Assembly (NCBI GenBank): GCA_965204535.1
Contig: OZ241996.1
Location: 1,344,001-1,408,000 of the forward strand
Length of the DNA: 64,000 nucleotides
Direction of reading: 5' to 3'
DNA from: a bacterium
Lineage (GTDB): Bacteria; UBA8248
A program made the position numbers and the translations under genes. Position 1 is the first letter of the stretch, and each line of letters begins with the position of its first letter. Below are positions 38,614 to 50,834 of this stretch, piece after piece. The notes under the pieces are model-generated. The model was given only the letters and a program-made list of their open reading frames with translations. It did not search any database and was not told the DNA's origin.

Positions 38614-39552
38614 ATGAGCAAGCTCTCAGTATCTCAATTGTACGCAGATCTGCGGGAAGAGTTAAAGCTCTCCGTAGTTTCGGGCCAGTCCGGCATGAGC
38701 CGACAGATCAATCATACGCACTTTCAAAAAAATGGTTTGCCACTCGCCGGTTTTCTGAAAGCCGTACATCCCGATAGGGTTCAGGTATGGGGCAGCACGG
38801 AGGTTCGTTTTCTTGAGGACCTCGATGAGGAGAGGCGGATCGAGGCCGTGCGTAAATATTTTCGCATGCCCTTGTGCGCGGTGCTGGTCACAGGTGGGAA
38901 AGATATCTTCCCGAGCATCCGGGAAGCGTCTGATAAGTCTAACGTGCCGATTATCGTCTCGGGATTGCCCGGCAAGGAATTGATGTCGAGATTGTCGGGA
39001 TATCTCGAGGAGCACCTCTCTCTTCATGCGCGGCTACACGGCGTCCTTGTTGATTTGTACGGTGTGGGGGTGCTCATTCAAGGCAAGAGCGGTATCGGGA
39101 AAAGCGAATGCGCTCTCCATTTGGTCACGCGGGGACACCGGCTCGTTGCCGATGACGTGGTGGACATCCAGTTGCGTGGGAATGAGTTGGTCGGAAAAAG
39201 CACCGAATTGCTCAAGCATCATATAGAGGTGAGGGGACTCGGAATACTGAACCTGAAAGACCTTTTCGGCGTCGTGGCGATTCGATACGAAAAAAATGTC
39301 GAGATGATCGTCGAGTTGATTCCTTTGACCCCGGATTTGCCTTTCGAGCGTCTGGGAATAGACATCGAGACGCAAAATATCCTGGGCAAGTGCCTGCCGC
39401 ACGTGAAAATTCCCGTTGCTCCCGGGAGGAATATCCCCACGCTCATTGAGGTGGCGGCCAGGAACCTGTTGCTGCAAAGAATGGGTTATTTCTCCGCAGA
39501 GGAGTTCAGTCGCACACTTTCCGCTCAAATTGCTCTCGGGACGACGAGTTAG
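38614..39552 (+). CDS. hprK: HPr kinase/phosphorylase
   Basis: HGVLVD, GKSGIGKSE, LVADD, EVRGLGI and PGRN motifs. Confidence 0.95.
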   Translation: MSKLSVSQLYADLREELKLSVVSGQSGMSRQINHTHFQKNGLPLAGFLKAVHPDRVQVWGSTEVRFLEDLDEERRIEAVRKYFRMPLCAVLVTGGKDIFPSIREASDKSNVPIIVSGLPGKELMSRLSGYLEEHLSLHARLHGVLVDLYGVGVLIQGKSGIGKSECALHLVTRGHRLVADDVVDIQLRGNELVGKSTELLKHHIEVRGLGILNLKDLFGVVAIRYEKNVEMIVELIPLTPDLPFERLGIDIETQNILGKCLPHVKIPVAPGRNIPTLIEVAARNLLLQRMGYFSAEEFSRTLSAQIALGTTS

Positions 39553-39583
39553 CCGGGAAGAGGAAGAGAAGAGGTTTCGCCGC

Positions 39584-40006
39584 ATGATTGGTTTGGTGAT
39601 CGTCGGCCATGGAGACTATCCGGAAGCGCTGTTGAGTGCGGCTGAGTCCGTCTTGTCCGGAGCAACCCAAATGAAAGCCCTTTCCCTACGGCCTGACGCC
39701 GATCCCGCCGGATTCACGGAAAAAATCGAAAAGGCGGTTATGGAGGTAGATGCGGGCGAGGGCGTGATTATCATGACGGATATGATGGGAGGCGCTCCTA
39801 CGAATGCGGCGCTCGCTATGCTGAACCATTCCGGGGTAGAGGTTGTGACGGGAGTGAATTTGCCGATGCTCTTGAAATTGTCGTTTATCAAGGGAAAGAC
39901 CGTCTCCGAAGCGGCGCGTTTTCTGGTGGAGTACGGGAGGCGGAATCTGGCCCAGCCGAGCGAAATGATCAATTCCGTGAAACAACGCCCAGCCAAGGAG
40001 GAATAA
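39584..40006 (+). CDS. PTS EIIA, mannose/fructose type
   Basis: MIGLVIVGHG, TDMMGGAPTN and GVNLPML motifs. Confidence 0.9.
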   Translation: MIGLVIVGHGDYPEALLSAAESVLSGATQMKALSLRPDADPAGFTEKIEKAVMEVDAGEGVIIMTDMMGGAPTNAALAMLNHSGVEVVTGVNLPMLLKLSFIKGKTVSEAARFLVEYGRRNLAQPSEMINSVKQRPAKEE

Positions 40007-40015
40007 ACGCCCATC

Positions 40016-40285
40016 ATGGCGGAACAAAGAGTTAGCATCAGCAATCAAATGGGGCTTCACGCCAGAGCAGCGGCCAAATTCGTGAGACTGTCGAGTACAT
40101 TCGAGAGCGAAATTCTTGTTCGGTTCCGCGATATGGAAGTGGACGGAAAGAGCATCATGGGTGTCATGATGCTTGCCGCGACCCCCGGCTCGGAACTCCT
40201 GATAAGCGCGTGTGGTTCAGATGAAAATGCTGCCGTTGCAGAATTAGCGGATATGGTTCGAACCGGCTTTGGAGAAATTGCATAG
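40016..40285 (+). CDS. ptsH: Phosphocarrier HPr
   Basis: GLHARAA (His15) and DGKSIMG (Ser46) motifs. Confidence 0.95.
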   Translation: MAEQRVSISNQMGLHARAAAKFVRLSSTFESEILVRFRDMEVDGKSIMGVMMLAATPGSELLISACGSDENAAVAELADMVRTGFGEIA

Positions 40286-40581
40286 GGTTTCGTGTTGCCA
40301 CGCGGGAGATTGAAAGGCCATGTATTCATACAGACTCTACAAAAAGATGTTTAACTTATTGATAGGTATATGATTAAAAAACTAACCCGAACGATAGTTT
40401 TCGCCTGTCCGCCCCGCATTCAGAGGCTTTCTCACAGGCAGTTTGACGAAAAAACAACATTTTTCCCGCGCGCTTCCGTCTAAATTCAAGAAATGATAAA
40501 AGACGCCGGAAAACACATCCAGTACAGCGAGGCGTTCTGTTGGATTTGATGACAACCTCCAATTTCTGTAGGAGATTTTAG

Positions 40582-43070
<2,489 letters not shown>

Positions 43071-43088
43071 AGTTTCTCCGCATCCGAT

Positions 43089-44408
43089 ATGCCGCCCGCC
43101 ACGGGAGAGTTTTCTGTGGCTGGAAATTTATTCGCCGCGTCGCGCCAGAAAAAAAAGACAAAACGGCTGTTGGGGAATTCATTTCTCATCCTTGGTTTTT
43201 TCCTCGTTTTCTGGGCACAAGAGGGGGGGAACGCCTTTGGCGCGCGGGGATTGGACGCAAGAGTTCTCGGAGTTCGGGAATTCTCCACCCCGGATTATGC
43301 GCGGATAGTCTTCATTTTGAACCGCAAAACGTTTGATTTCAAATCGGGCATCTTGAAAAAGCCCACGCGGATTTTTATTGATATCCCTCGCGGGCGCATT
43401 GAGCGGAGCGCTCGAATTCCGAAATTTTCTCCAGGACGCAGCATCGTATCGCGCCTCAGGTTTGGCAACCCGAGGAAAGGCAGGCTGCGCCTCGTGATTG
43501 ATATAGCGAAAAAACATGATGCCAAATACCGAATTTTCACCCTCGCGAATCCGCAACGCATCGTGGTTGACGTATGGGCCAAAAGCACGAGCATCCTGAA
43601 ACACCCCCAAAGGGGAGGGCGCAAGCGCCCGAAACCCGGCAAGTCCACCCGCGCGCTCAAGACGCCCCCGCGCCGGAAAAAGCTGACCCGCCGCGAGATG
43701 AATCTGGTTCAAAGATTTCGCCACGGTCTGGGTAGAATCGTCCTGGACCCAGGACATGGGGGCAAGGACCCGGGCGCCATCGGTTTATCCGGTTTGAGAG
43801 AAAAACGAGTTGCTCTCGACATCGCACTTAGAACCAGGCGGGTGTTGAGGCGTATCTTGCCCGGTAACAAGGTCTATCTCACTCGAACGACTGACAGATA
43901 CATTTCCCTGTCTCGTAGAACATCGTTCGCCAATGAACATGATGCGGACATATTCATCTCGATTCATGCGAACAGCGCGCATTCGCGGCGCATCCACGGA
44001 ATCGAAACCTATCTGCTGAGCGAGGCGTCATCGGCCAGAGCGCTCAGGTTGGCAGCCAGAGAAAGCGGGACGACCCTGGAACACATGAGCGATTTGCAAA
44101 AAATCCTGAATGATCTGGGATTGAGGTCGAAAGTCACGGAGTCTCAACAACTGGCCCGGCGGGTTCAGCAAGCGATGCTCTCTCGTCTGAGGCCCGGTTA
44201 TCGCGGAATCCGCGATCTGGGTGTCAAGCGTGGGCCGTTCTACGTGCTGCTCGGCGCCCGGATGCCGAGCATACTGGTCGAGGTCGCCTTCATCTCGAAT
44301 CAACGGGAAGCGCGGCGGATGAGAAGCTCCAAATACCGTCAGGCGCTTGCGGAAGGAATTGCAAGAGGTATCATGCAGTTTGTGCGCCGGCCCCCGAGGA
44401 GCCGATAA
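43089..44408 (+). CDS. N-acetylmuramoyl-L-alanine amidase (AMIN + Amidase_3, AmiC-like); start uncertain
   Basis: PTRIFID and PQRIVVD AMIN motifs; LDPGHGGKDPGA, SIHANS and ILVEVAF catalytic motifs. Confidence 0.92.
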   Translation: MPPATGEFSVAGNLFAASRQKKKTKRLLGNSFLILGFFLVFWAQEGGNAFGARGLDARVLGVREFSTPDYARIVFILNRKTFDFKSGILKKPTRIFIDIPRGRIERSARIPKFSPGRSIVSRLRFGNPRKGRLRLVIDIAKKHDAKYRIFTLANPQRIVVDVWAKSTSILKHPQRGGRKRPKPGKSTRALKTPPRRKKLTRREMNLVQRFRHGLGRIVLDPGHGGKDPGAIGLSGLREKRVALDIALRTRRVLRRILPGNKVYLTRTTDRYISLSRRTSFANEHDADIFISIHANSAHSRRIHGIETYLLSEASSARALRLAARESGTTLEHMSDLQKILNDLGLRSKVTESQQLARRVQQAMLSRLRPGYRGIRDLGVKRGPFYVLLGARMPSILVEVAFISNQREARRMRSSKYRQALAEGIARGIMQFVRRPPRSR

Positions 44409-44453
44409 AAGCGCCTTGAGACGCTAAATCCCGCATTTTCTGGAAACGCTTCC

Positions 44454-45821
44454 ATGCCTTCTCTCGTATTCGTAATCGTAGGGCGACCGAATGTGGGGAA
44501 ATCTACGTTCTTCAATCGTCTCACCGGCAGACGGGACGCCATTGTCCGTGCGGAACCGGGAGTGACCCGGGACAGGCGCTACGGCGAGGGGGAATGGGAA
44601 GGCAGTAAATTTCTCGCCGTCGATACGGGCGGCATTGCCGCATTGGAAAGCGATCCTTTTTTGCCGAAAATTCAGGAACAGACGGCAGCCGCCATCGCGG
44701 AGAGTGATGTGGTTTTATTTCTTGTCGATGGAATCGAGGGCCTCCTTCCTGGGGATCACGAAATCGCGCAAATGCTCCGCGTCTCGAAGAAACCGGTGTT
44801 GCTCATTCTGAATAAATCAGATTCCAAACGCGCACGAGAGGCGGAATGGGATTTTTACCAACTGGGCCTTGGGGATGTTTGGCCCGTTTCGGCGGAACAT
44901 GGTTCAGGCGTGTCCGAGGTGATGGATGAGGCGGTTCGCATCGCTTCGGGTGAGCTTGGAAGCGAAGAGACTGGGGATACGGATGAGCATCGGGTCGCCG
45001 TCGTCGGCCGCCCAAATGTGGGGAAATCCTCTTTCGTGAATCAACTCCTGGGAAGCGAACGCTCTCTGGTGAGTCCAGTCCCAGGCACAACACGAGACCC
45101 GGTGGATTCCCTATGTTTGAGAGAGGGAAACTCTTACCGTCTCGTGGATACAGCCGGCATCAGGAGAAGAGGAAAGATCGGAAAGCGCCAGGTGGAGGCG
45201 GTGAGCATGATTATGGCCTATCGAAGCATCGAACGCGCACAGATCGCTTTGCTGCTCATCGACGCGACCGAAGGTCCGAAAACGATGGATGCGCAGATAG
45301 CCCGCCACATCAAAGAATCCGGCCGCGCCTGCGCGATTTTGTTGAATAAATGGGACCTCGTCGAGAAGGAAAGCAAGACGTTCGATGGGACGGTACGCGA
45401 AATCAGGGACAAACTGGTTCACATCCAATTCGCGCCGGTTCTCTCAGTCTCCGCTCTGACGGGCCAGAGGTGCGAGCGGGTATTCGACGTAATAGACAAG
45501 ATCCTCGAGTCTCATTTCAGGCGTGTGCCCACTGGACAATTGAACCGGGCAATCGCGGAAATCGTTAATGCGCACCCCCCGCCCACAGTTTCGGGGGGGC
45601 GGCGTCCCAAAGTGTATTACGCTACGCAAAGCGGCGTTTCTCCGCCTCATGTCATTCTCTTTGCAAGTCTCGCAAGCCAAATCCCTGTGGAGCAATATGG
45701 GAGGTACGTGGAAAATAGGTTGAGAGAGCGGTTTGATTTTGAGGGTACGCCGCTCAGGGTGAGCTTCCGCCAAAGAGGGGCGAGCGCCCCGCGAAGACGA
45801 AGGGGAAAAGCAAGGCGATAA
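44454..45821 (+). CDS. der: Ribosome biogenesis GTPase Der (EngA)
   Basis: Two GRPNVGKS P-loops; DTGG/DTAG; NKSD/NKWD; C-terminal KH-like domain. Confidence 0.97.
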   Translation: MPSLVFVIVGRPNVGKSTFFNRLTGRRDAIVRAEPGVTRDRRYGEGEWEGSKFLAVDTGGIAALESDPFLPKIQEQTAAAIAESDVVLFLVDGIEGLLPGDHEIAQMLRVSKKPVLLILNKSDSKRAREAEWDFYQLGLGDVWPVSAEHGSGVSEVMDEAVRIASGELGSEETGDTDEHRVAVVGRPNVGKSSFVNQLLGSERSLVSPVPGTTRDPVDSLCLREGNSYRLVDTAGIRRRGKIGKRQVEAVSMIMAYRSIERAQIALLLIDATEGPKTMDAQIARHIKESGRACAILLNKWDLVEKESKTFDGTVREIRDKLVHIQFAPVLSVSALTGQRCERVFDVIDKILESHFRRVPTGQLNRAIAEIVNAHPPPTVSGGRRPKVYYATQSGVSPPHVILFASLASQIPVEQYGRYVENRLRERFDFEGTPLRVSFRQRGASAPRRRRGKARR

Positions 45822-45910
45822 CTTCAAGAATTTTCGAGAGTTTGGCGCAAGCGCACAACCTTATAGTTCATACCCAGCTTTAATGATGCCCCGCAAGTAA
45901 TTCAATCTGA

Positions 45911-45939
45911 TTGACAAAACGAACCTTGGATGGCACGAT
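45911..45939 (+). promoter_or_regulatory. Putative sigma70 promoter for the EF-G paralogue
   Basis: TTGACA-17 nt-CACGAT. Confidence 0.45.
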
Positions 45940-46038
45940 TTGAGGCATATTTGTTTTCGTATTCATCACCGAGTCGGGCGCGAGGCTCTTTCTAAACGTC
46001 ACGTTGCCAAAGGACTGATATCAGAGGAGTTGAGGTAA

Positions 46039-48126
46039 ATGGCGGCGCACGAAACAGACAAAATTCGAAACGTAGCTTTCGTGGGGGAGGGAGGAAACGG
46101 GAAAACTTCCCTTGTGGAGGCCTGCCTTTTCACCGCTGGAAGTACGGACAGGCAGGGGAAGGTAGATGCAGGCAACACGATACTTGACTCGGAACCCGAA
46201 GAAGTGAAAAGAAACTCCTCCATCCTGGGTGCGGTGGCCTACGCCGATTGGAACAGGCATCGTATCAACCTTCTCGACACACCGGGATATTCGAATTTCA
46301 TATCGGATACCGTCGCAGCCATTTGCGCATGTGACAACGCCGTCGTCGTGCTGAATTCTCATTCAGAACCCAAGGTGATTACCGAAAAAGTTTTGGGTTG
46401 GGCCGAGGAAGAAGGTTTGTGTCAATTCATATTTCTGAACCAAATGGATCATGAACAAGCCGATTTGAGCCGCGCGATGGAATTTGCGGAAAAGACGATT
46501 GATAAACGTCTTGTGGTATTGCAGGTGCCGATGAACCCGGGCGCCGGTTTCGATGGGGTTGTCGATCTCATCTCGGGCAAAGCTTTCACCTATCAAGTCG
46601 AGGGGAATGGAAAGGGTGTGGAGAGCGATATTCCCGCAGAACTGGCCGATACCTGCGAAGAGTATCGCGGGCAACTCATCGAGTTCGCGGCAGAGGCCAA
46701 TGAAGAGGTTCTCGAGAAGTATCTGGAAGGAGAGGAGCTTTCACCGGATGAGATCGTCCAGGGATTGCACCAGGGGATTCATGAAGGTTCCTTTATGCCG
46801 GTTTTGTGTGGTTGCGGATTGAAAAACATAGGCACGGACCTGTTACTCCAGGCAATAGAGGAGTTCGGCGCCTCGCCCTCGGCGCGTGAATTCAAAGCGA
46901 ATAACGCGAACGGCGAGGAGGTGAGCATCAAAGCGGACTCAGGTGAACCTTTCCGCGCCCTGGTGTTCAAAACGGTAGTGGATGCTTTCGCAGGCAAGTT
47001 GAATTATTTCCGGGTGGTCTCGGGCGAGGTTTCTTCCGACACCGCCGTTCTGAACACCACGCAATCGGAGAAAGAGAGAATCGGTTCCTTGCTCTTCATT
47101 CAGGGCAAAGGCCAGTCTCCCGTCTCCGACAAACTGGTGCCGGGAGATATCGCCGCGCTCGCCAAGCTGAAAACCACGAGAACCGGGGATACGCTCTGCG
47201 ACGATGCCGGCGCCGTCGTGTTCGAACCCATCAGCTTCCCCTCGCCCGTCATCTCCTACGCCGTGGAGCCCAAGAGCAAGGGTGATGAGGAAAAACTCAG
47301 CACGGCTCTCGCGCGTTTGCGCGATGAAGACCCGGCGCTCACCGTCAGCCGTGATTCTCAAACGAAAGAGATGCTTCTCTCGGGCCTGGGCGTTCTGCAC
47401 ATTGAGGTGATAGTCGAGCGCATCAAGCGCAAATATGGCGTGGAAGTGGAGATGAAGACTCCGCGCGTGCCCTACAAGGAAACGATTAAGGGCAGAACCA
47501 AGGTACAGGGCCGCTACAAGAAACAAACCGGTGGGCGAGGACAGTTTGGAGACACCTGGCTTGAGATCGAGCCGCTACAGCGTGGCGGCGGGTTCGAGTT
47601 CGTGGATAAAATCGTGGGTGGCGCGATTCCCAAGACGTTCATTCCGGCCGTGGAAAAGGGAATCGTGGAAGCGATGGATGCTGGAACCCTGGCGGGCTAT
47701 CCCGTTACGGATCTGAAAATCACGCTTTATGACGGCAGTTTTCACAACGTCGACAGTTCGGAAATGGCCTTCAAGATTGCCGGTTCTCTTGGATTCAAGA
47801 AAGGGGTTCAGGAGTGCAGGCCGACTCTTCTCGAGCCGATTATGAACATGCAAATCGTTGTGCCGGAAGAATATATGGGCGACATCATCGGCGACATGAA
47901 TTCACGCAGGGGCAGGGTGCTCGGCATGGACCCGGGCATCGGCGGCAAACAGGTCATCAAATCTCAAGTTCCCATGGCGGAGGTGTTGAACTATGCGCCC
48001 GCGCTGCGATCGCTGACCGCAGATCGAGGTGATTTCTCGATGGAATTTTCTCACTATGAGGAAGTGCCGGGACAAATTTCCGAGAAAATCATATCTGAAG
48101 CGGCGACTGCCCGTGAGAGCGAGTAA
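46039..48126 (+). CDS. Elongation factor G paralogue (EF-G2 / FusA2 type)
   Basis: Full EF-G domain layout (KKQTGGRGQFG, DSSEMAF, LLEPIM) with a divergent G domain (GEGGNGKT, DTPGY, NQMD); outside the str operon. Confidence 0.9.
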   Translation: MAAHETDKIRNVAFVGEGGNGKTSLVEACLFTAGSTDRQGKVDAGNTILDSEPEEVKRNSSILGAVAYADWNRHRINLLDTPGYSNFISDTVAAICACDNAVVVLNSHSEPKVITEKVLGWAEEEGLCQFIFLNQMDHEQADLSRAMEFAEKTIDKRLVVLQVPMNPGAGFDGVVDLISGKAFTYQVEGNGKGVESDIPAELADTCEEYRGQLIEFAAEANEEVLEKYLEGEELSPDEIVQGLHQGIHEGSFMPVLCGCGLKNIGTDLLLQAIEEFGASPSAREFKANNANGEEVSIKADSGEPFRALVFKTVVDAFAGKLNYFRVVSGEVSSDTAVLNTTQSEKERIGSLLFIQGKGQSPVSDKLVPGDIAALAKLKTTRTGDTLCDDAGAVVFEPISFPSPVISYAVEPKSKGDEEKLSTALARLRDEDPALTVSRDSQTKEMLLSGLGVLHIEVIVERIKRKYGVEVEMKTPRVPYKETIKGRTKVQGRYKKQTGGRGQFGDTWLEIEPLQRGGGFEFVDKIVGGAIPKTFIPAVEKGIVEAMDAGTLAGYPVTDLKITLYDGSFHNVDSSEMAFKIAGSLGFKKGVQECRPTLLEPIMNMQIVVPEEYMGDIIGDMNSRRGRVLGMDPGIGGKQVIKSQVPMAEVLNYAPALRSLTADRGDFSMEFSHYEEVPGQISEKIISEAATARESE

Positions 48127-48157
48127 TTCGCATATATAGAGGTAGAGGGTTCTTATC

Positions 48158-49393
48158 ATGGCGAGAAAAGGGGTGAATCTTCTGGAAGGCGATGATGAGG
48201 AAAGGGAAGGGGACTCGGACGGGGACTCTGGAGACGATGGAGGAAGTTACGAGCGTCGAAGAGGCGGTTTCGTCGACGTCTTGATGGTCATCCTGTTCGT
48301 GTGCGTCATGTTGGGCGGCGTGGCTTGGGCGGGGTATCAATTTTGGTGGCTTCCCAAAGTGAAAAAAGAGGCGCAACTCAAAAGAGCCCGCATGAAGCAA
48401 GAACAACAGAGAAGAATGCTTTTGGCGAACAGGCAAGGCACGCGACGAGTTCCCGAACGGGTTTCTCAGACCGCGGGCGCCGCGCCGCCGCAAAGAGCTA
48501 TGGGTGCAACGGGTCGAAACATACAGCCTAACCGCCCCACACCTCCGCGGTCGGCTGAAAAAAAGGCGATGCCACGAAAATCCACTCCCCGAAGCCCGGC
48601 TGCAAAGGCGCCGCCCGCCACTTCAGCGGTGATGGAAAAGCCCGCTGCTCCGCCGAAGATGAAAGAAAAGCCGAGGCGCGAGCCGGCGATGGTCATTCAA
48701 ATCCCCGAGAAGAAAGCTTCGGTTCCTAAAACCGGGCCCGCTCGCTCGATTCTCCGCAAAAAACAGGTTGCCGAGAAGAAGCCGGAAGCGCCGAAAGCAA
48801 AAATTCAAAGTGCACCAGGCGCCCGCAAGTCGACTCGGGGTTTTTACTATAGCGTTCAGGTGGCTTCCTGCAGGACCGAGCGTTGCGCGGATTCGTTTTC
48901 AAAACGCTTGAAGAGCAAGGGGTTTTCCGCCTTCAGGGTGGCAAGCACAAGCCGCGCGACCACCAGAAGCCGTGCGACAAGCACAAGCCGTGCGAGGCGT
49001 CGCAGTGGTCAGCAGATCACAGAGGTGCGCCTCGGTTCGTTTTCGAGTCTGTCTAAGGCCCGGGCCCTGGCGAGCAGGGCGAAGAAGAACAAGATCGAGG
49101 CCAGGGTATACCGCTCCGATAAGCAATGGAGGGTGGCGGCAGGAAGGTTCAGGAATCTGGAAGATGCGGCCCTTCTTCTGGACCGCGCGGAAGATGCCGG
49201 ATTTCGCGGTGAGCTCGCCTCCCGGCTTCAAAATGGGAGGACTTCCCGGCCTCAAAGTGGAAAGACGAGGAAGCTTTACAGGATACGAACCGGAAAATTC
49301 GAAACCCTCCGTAAGGCGATGGCGTTCAGGAAGAAAATCCGCCTTGCCGGGTTTTCCGATGCCATTGTAGTTCGCCGCAGATCGAGAAGATAG
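48158..49393 (+). CDS. Bitopic SPOR-domain cell division/envelope protein
   Basis: Acidic N-terminal tail, one TM, P/A/K-rich linker and four SPOR half-repeats ([30 protein letters not shown]). Confidence 0.82.
   Translation: MARKGVNLLEGDDEEREGDSDGDSGDDGGSYERRRGGFVDVLMVILFVCVMLGGVAWAGYQFWWLPKVKKEAQLKRARMKQEQQRRMLLANRQGTRRVPERVSQTAGAAPPQRAMGATGRNIQPNRPTPPRSAEKKAMPRKSTPRSPAAKAPPATSAVMEKPAAPPKMKEKPRREPAMVIQIPEKKASVPKTGPARSILRKKQVAEKKPEAPKAKIQSAPGARKSTRGFYYSVQVASCRTERCADSFSKRLKSKGFSAFRVASTSRATTRSRATSTSRARRRSGQQITEVRLGSFSSLSKARALASRAKKNKIEARVYRSDKQWRVAAGRFRNLEDAALLLDRAEDAGFRGELASRLQNGRTSRPQSGKTRKLYRIRTGKFETLRKAMAFRKKIRLAGFSDAIVVRRRSRR
48941..48994 (+). repeat. Three imperfect in-frame 18-bp tandem repeats (ASTSRA / TTRSRA / TSTSRA)
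   Basis: gcaagcacaagccgcgcg accaccagaagccgtgcg acaagcacaagccgtgcg. Confidence 0.8.
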
Positions 49394-49403
49394 GGAGCTG
49401 ACC

Positions 49404-49826
49404 ATGGCCCAGAACGCCCAGAATCAACACATACCCGACAAGTTGTTTTTCAAGATCGGTGAAGTGGCGGAATTGACGGGTACAAAGCCCCATGTACTGC
49501 GTTATTGGGAGAGTGAATTCCGAATGCTCCGACCGGCGAAAGGGGATTCCGGGCAACGCATATATCGCCGCAAAGACGTGGAACTCGTTTTCTCGATCAA
49601 GCAATTGTTGTACGAAGAGAACTTCACCATTGCCGGAGCCAAGAAACAGCTTCAAAAACAAAGAGCAGCGAGAGCTGAAGCAAACAAGGCGAAAAAACCT
49701 GCTGAAGCCAAGCCGGACACTACTCCTGTATTGCCGTTTGAAAGTTCTGACCGGGAAAACCTCGATCTGACGTGGATTCGCAAAGAACTCAGGGAAATAC
49801 TAGGGATACTTGATAGGGGCTGTTGA
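49404..49826 (+). CDS. MerR-family transcriptional regulator (type usually found after ihfA)
   Basis: [13 protein letters not shown]...[10 protein letters not shown]...R.YRRKD...LLY...FTIAGA. Confidence 0.88.
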   Translation: MAQNAQNQHIPDKLFFKIGEVAELTGTKPHVLRYWESEFRMLRPAKGDSGQRIYRRKDVELVFSIKQLLYEENFTIAGAKKQLQKQRAARAEANKAKKPAEAKPDTTPVLPFESSDRENLDLTWIRKELREILGILDRGC

Positions 49827-50042
49827 GACTCGCCTGGATTTGGCTTGCTGATTCTGCCGGTCTGCATTTCCAGTAGCTATTGACGGATCAGCCCGTTCTG
49901 CTTATTGTGCCGCCCGCTCAATTCTAAACACGGAAATTGCGCCAGAGGCTATGAACGTAGTGAACCGATAAGAGAATTGTCCATATGTTCCGATAGAGCC
50001 GTGGCGCTGGTCCGGAGCTCAACACTAAAGGATCATGGTTAG

Positions 50043-50717
50043 ATGGCCAGAACTTTCAGAAAAGAAATCCGGCAGCCCGACGCGTTGCAAACCCATGGAA
50101 GAAAAGCAGTTCTTTGGTTTGTAGAGAATCAAAAGTATTTCTACCTGGGGCTTGGCGTTGTTATTTTGGTGGCGGTCGTTTTTGTGGGCTACCGCATGTG
50201 GGATGAGCGCGCGCGCGAAAAAGCGTTCCTGGCCTATGGCTTGGCCAATATCGCTTCTCTGGATAGCAAGAGCGGCGAAGCGGTGGAAACCGCCTTCCAA
50301 AAGGTGGCCGACGATTACCCGCGCTCGCGTCCGGGTCTTCTGGCGCGCTTGCGACTCGCGGCCCTGCTGCGCGAGAGGAAACAATATCAAGGCGCGCGGG
50401 CGCAATATGAGCTTGTGGCGAAGAGCAGCGTATCCTCAGAGACCGACAAGGAATTGGCGAAGCGCGGAATCGCCTCCGTATTGATGCTTGAGGGAGCCTG
50501 CGCGGAAGCCGTCCCGATATGGAAGTCGATTCTTGAAAAAGGGAGTCTTTTCACGTCCGAAGATCTGTATATCTCGATTGCCGATTGTCAGGAGAAGCTC
50601 GGACGATTCGAGGATGCGCGCAAGACTTATGAAGAGTTGAGCAAAAAGCACCCGGAGAGTCCGTTTCTGACCGAACGAATCCGTGCGAAAGTGGGCGGCG
50701 AGAAACCCGCTAAATAA
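50043..50717 (+). CDS. YfgM-like membrane-anchored TPR protein
   Basis: W..EN before a single TM, DYP.S..G.LARL and TPR-like helices. Confidence 0.75.
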   Translation: MARTFRKEIRQPDALQTHGRKAVLWFVENQKYFYLGLGVVILVAVVFVGYRMWDERAREKAFLAYGLANIASLDSKSGEAVETAFQKVADDYPRSRPGLLARLRLAALLRERKQYQGARAQYELVAKSSVSSETDKELAKRGIASVLMLEGACAEAVPIWKSILEKGSLFTSEDLYISIADCQEKLGRFEDARKTYEELSKKHPESPFLTERIRAKVGGEKPAK

Positions 50718-50747
50718 AAACCATTCCGAACATTCATCGCATGACGT

Positions 50748-50775
50748 AATGCCGATAAGATATGTTATGTAAAGT
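50748..50775 (+). other. dif: dif chromosome dimer resolution site (XerC/XerD)
   Basis: AATGCCGATAA-GATATG-TTATGTAAAGT: 11-6-11 layout with inner ATAA/TTAT and a TTATGTAAAGT XerD arm; intergenic; KOPS and gene polarity switch here. Confidence 0.85.
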
Positions 50776-50834
50776 TATATCCAGGGCCGTTGCCTGCTCT
50801 TTCGTCTGAACTCCTCTGCGTGATAGACTGGGCC

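Noticed and set aside
40286-40581. Possible SAM or SAH riboswitch before metK-ahcY
   Set aside because: No SAM-I (ATC...GAG...GCAACC...GTGC), SAM-II or SAH core could be recognised; only a weak GCCTGT/ACAGGC pairing. An Rfam scan is needed.
45931-45946. TGGCACG upstream of the EF-G paralogue, resembling a sigma54 -24 box
   Set aside because: The -12 element reads TTTGAGGC, with GC one base off and no TTGC. Sigma54 spacing is strict, and a sigma70 TTGACA-17-CACGAT reading fits the same DNA.
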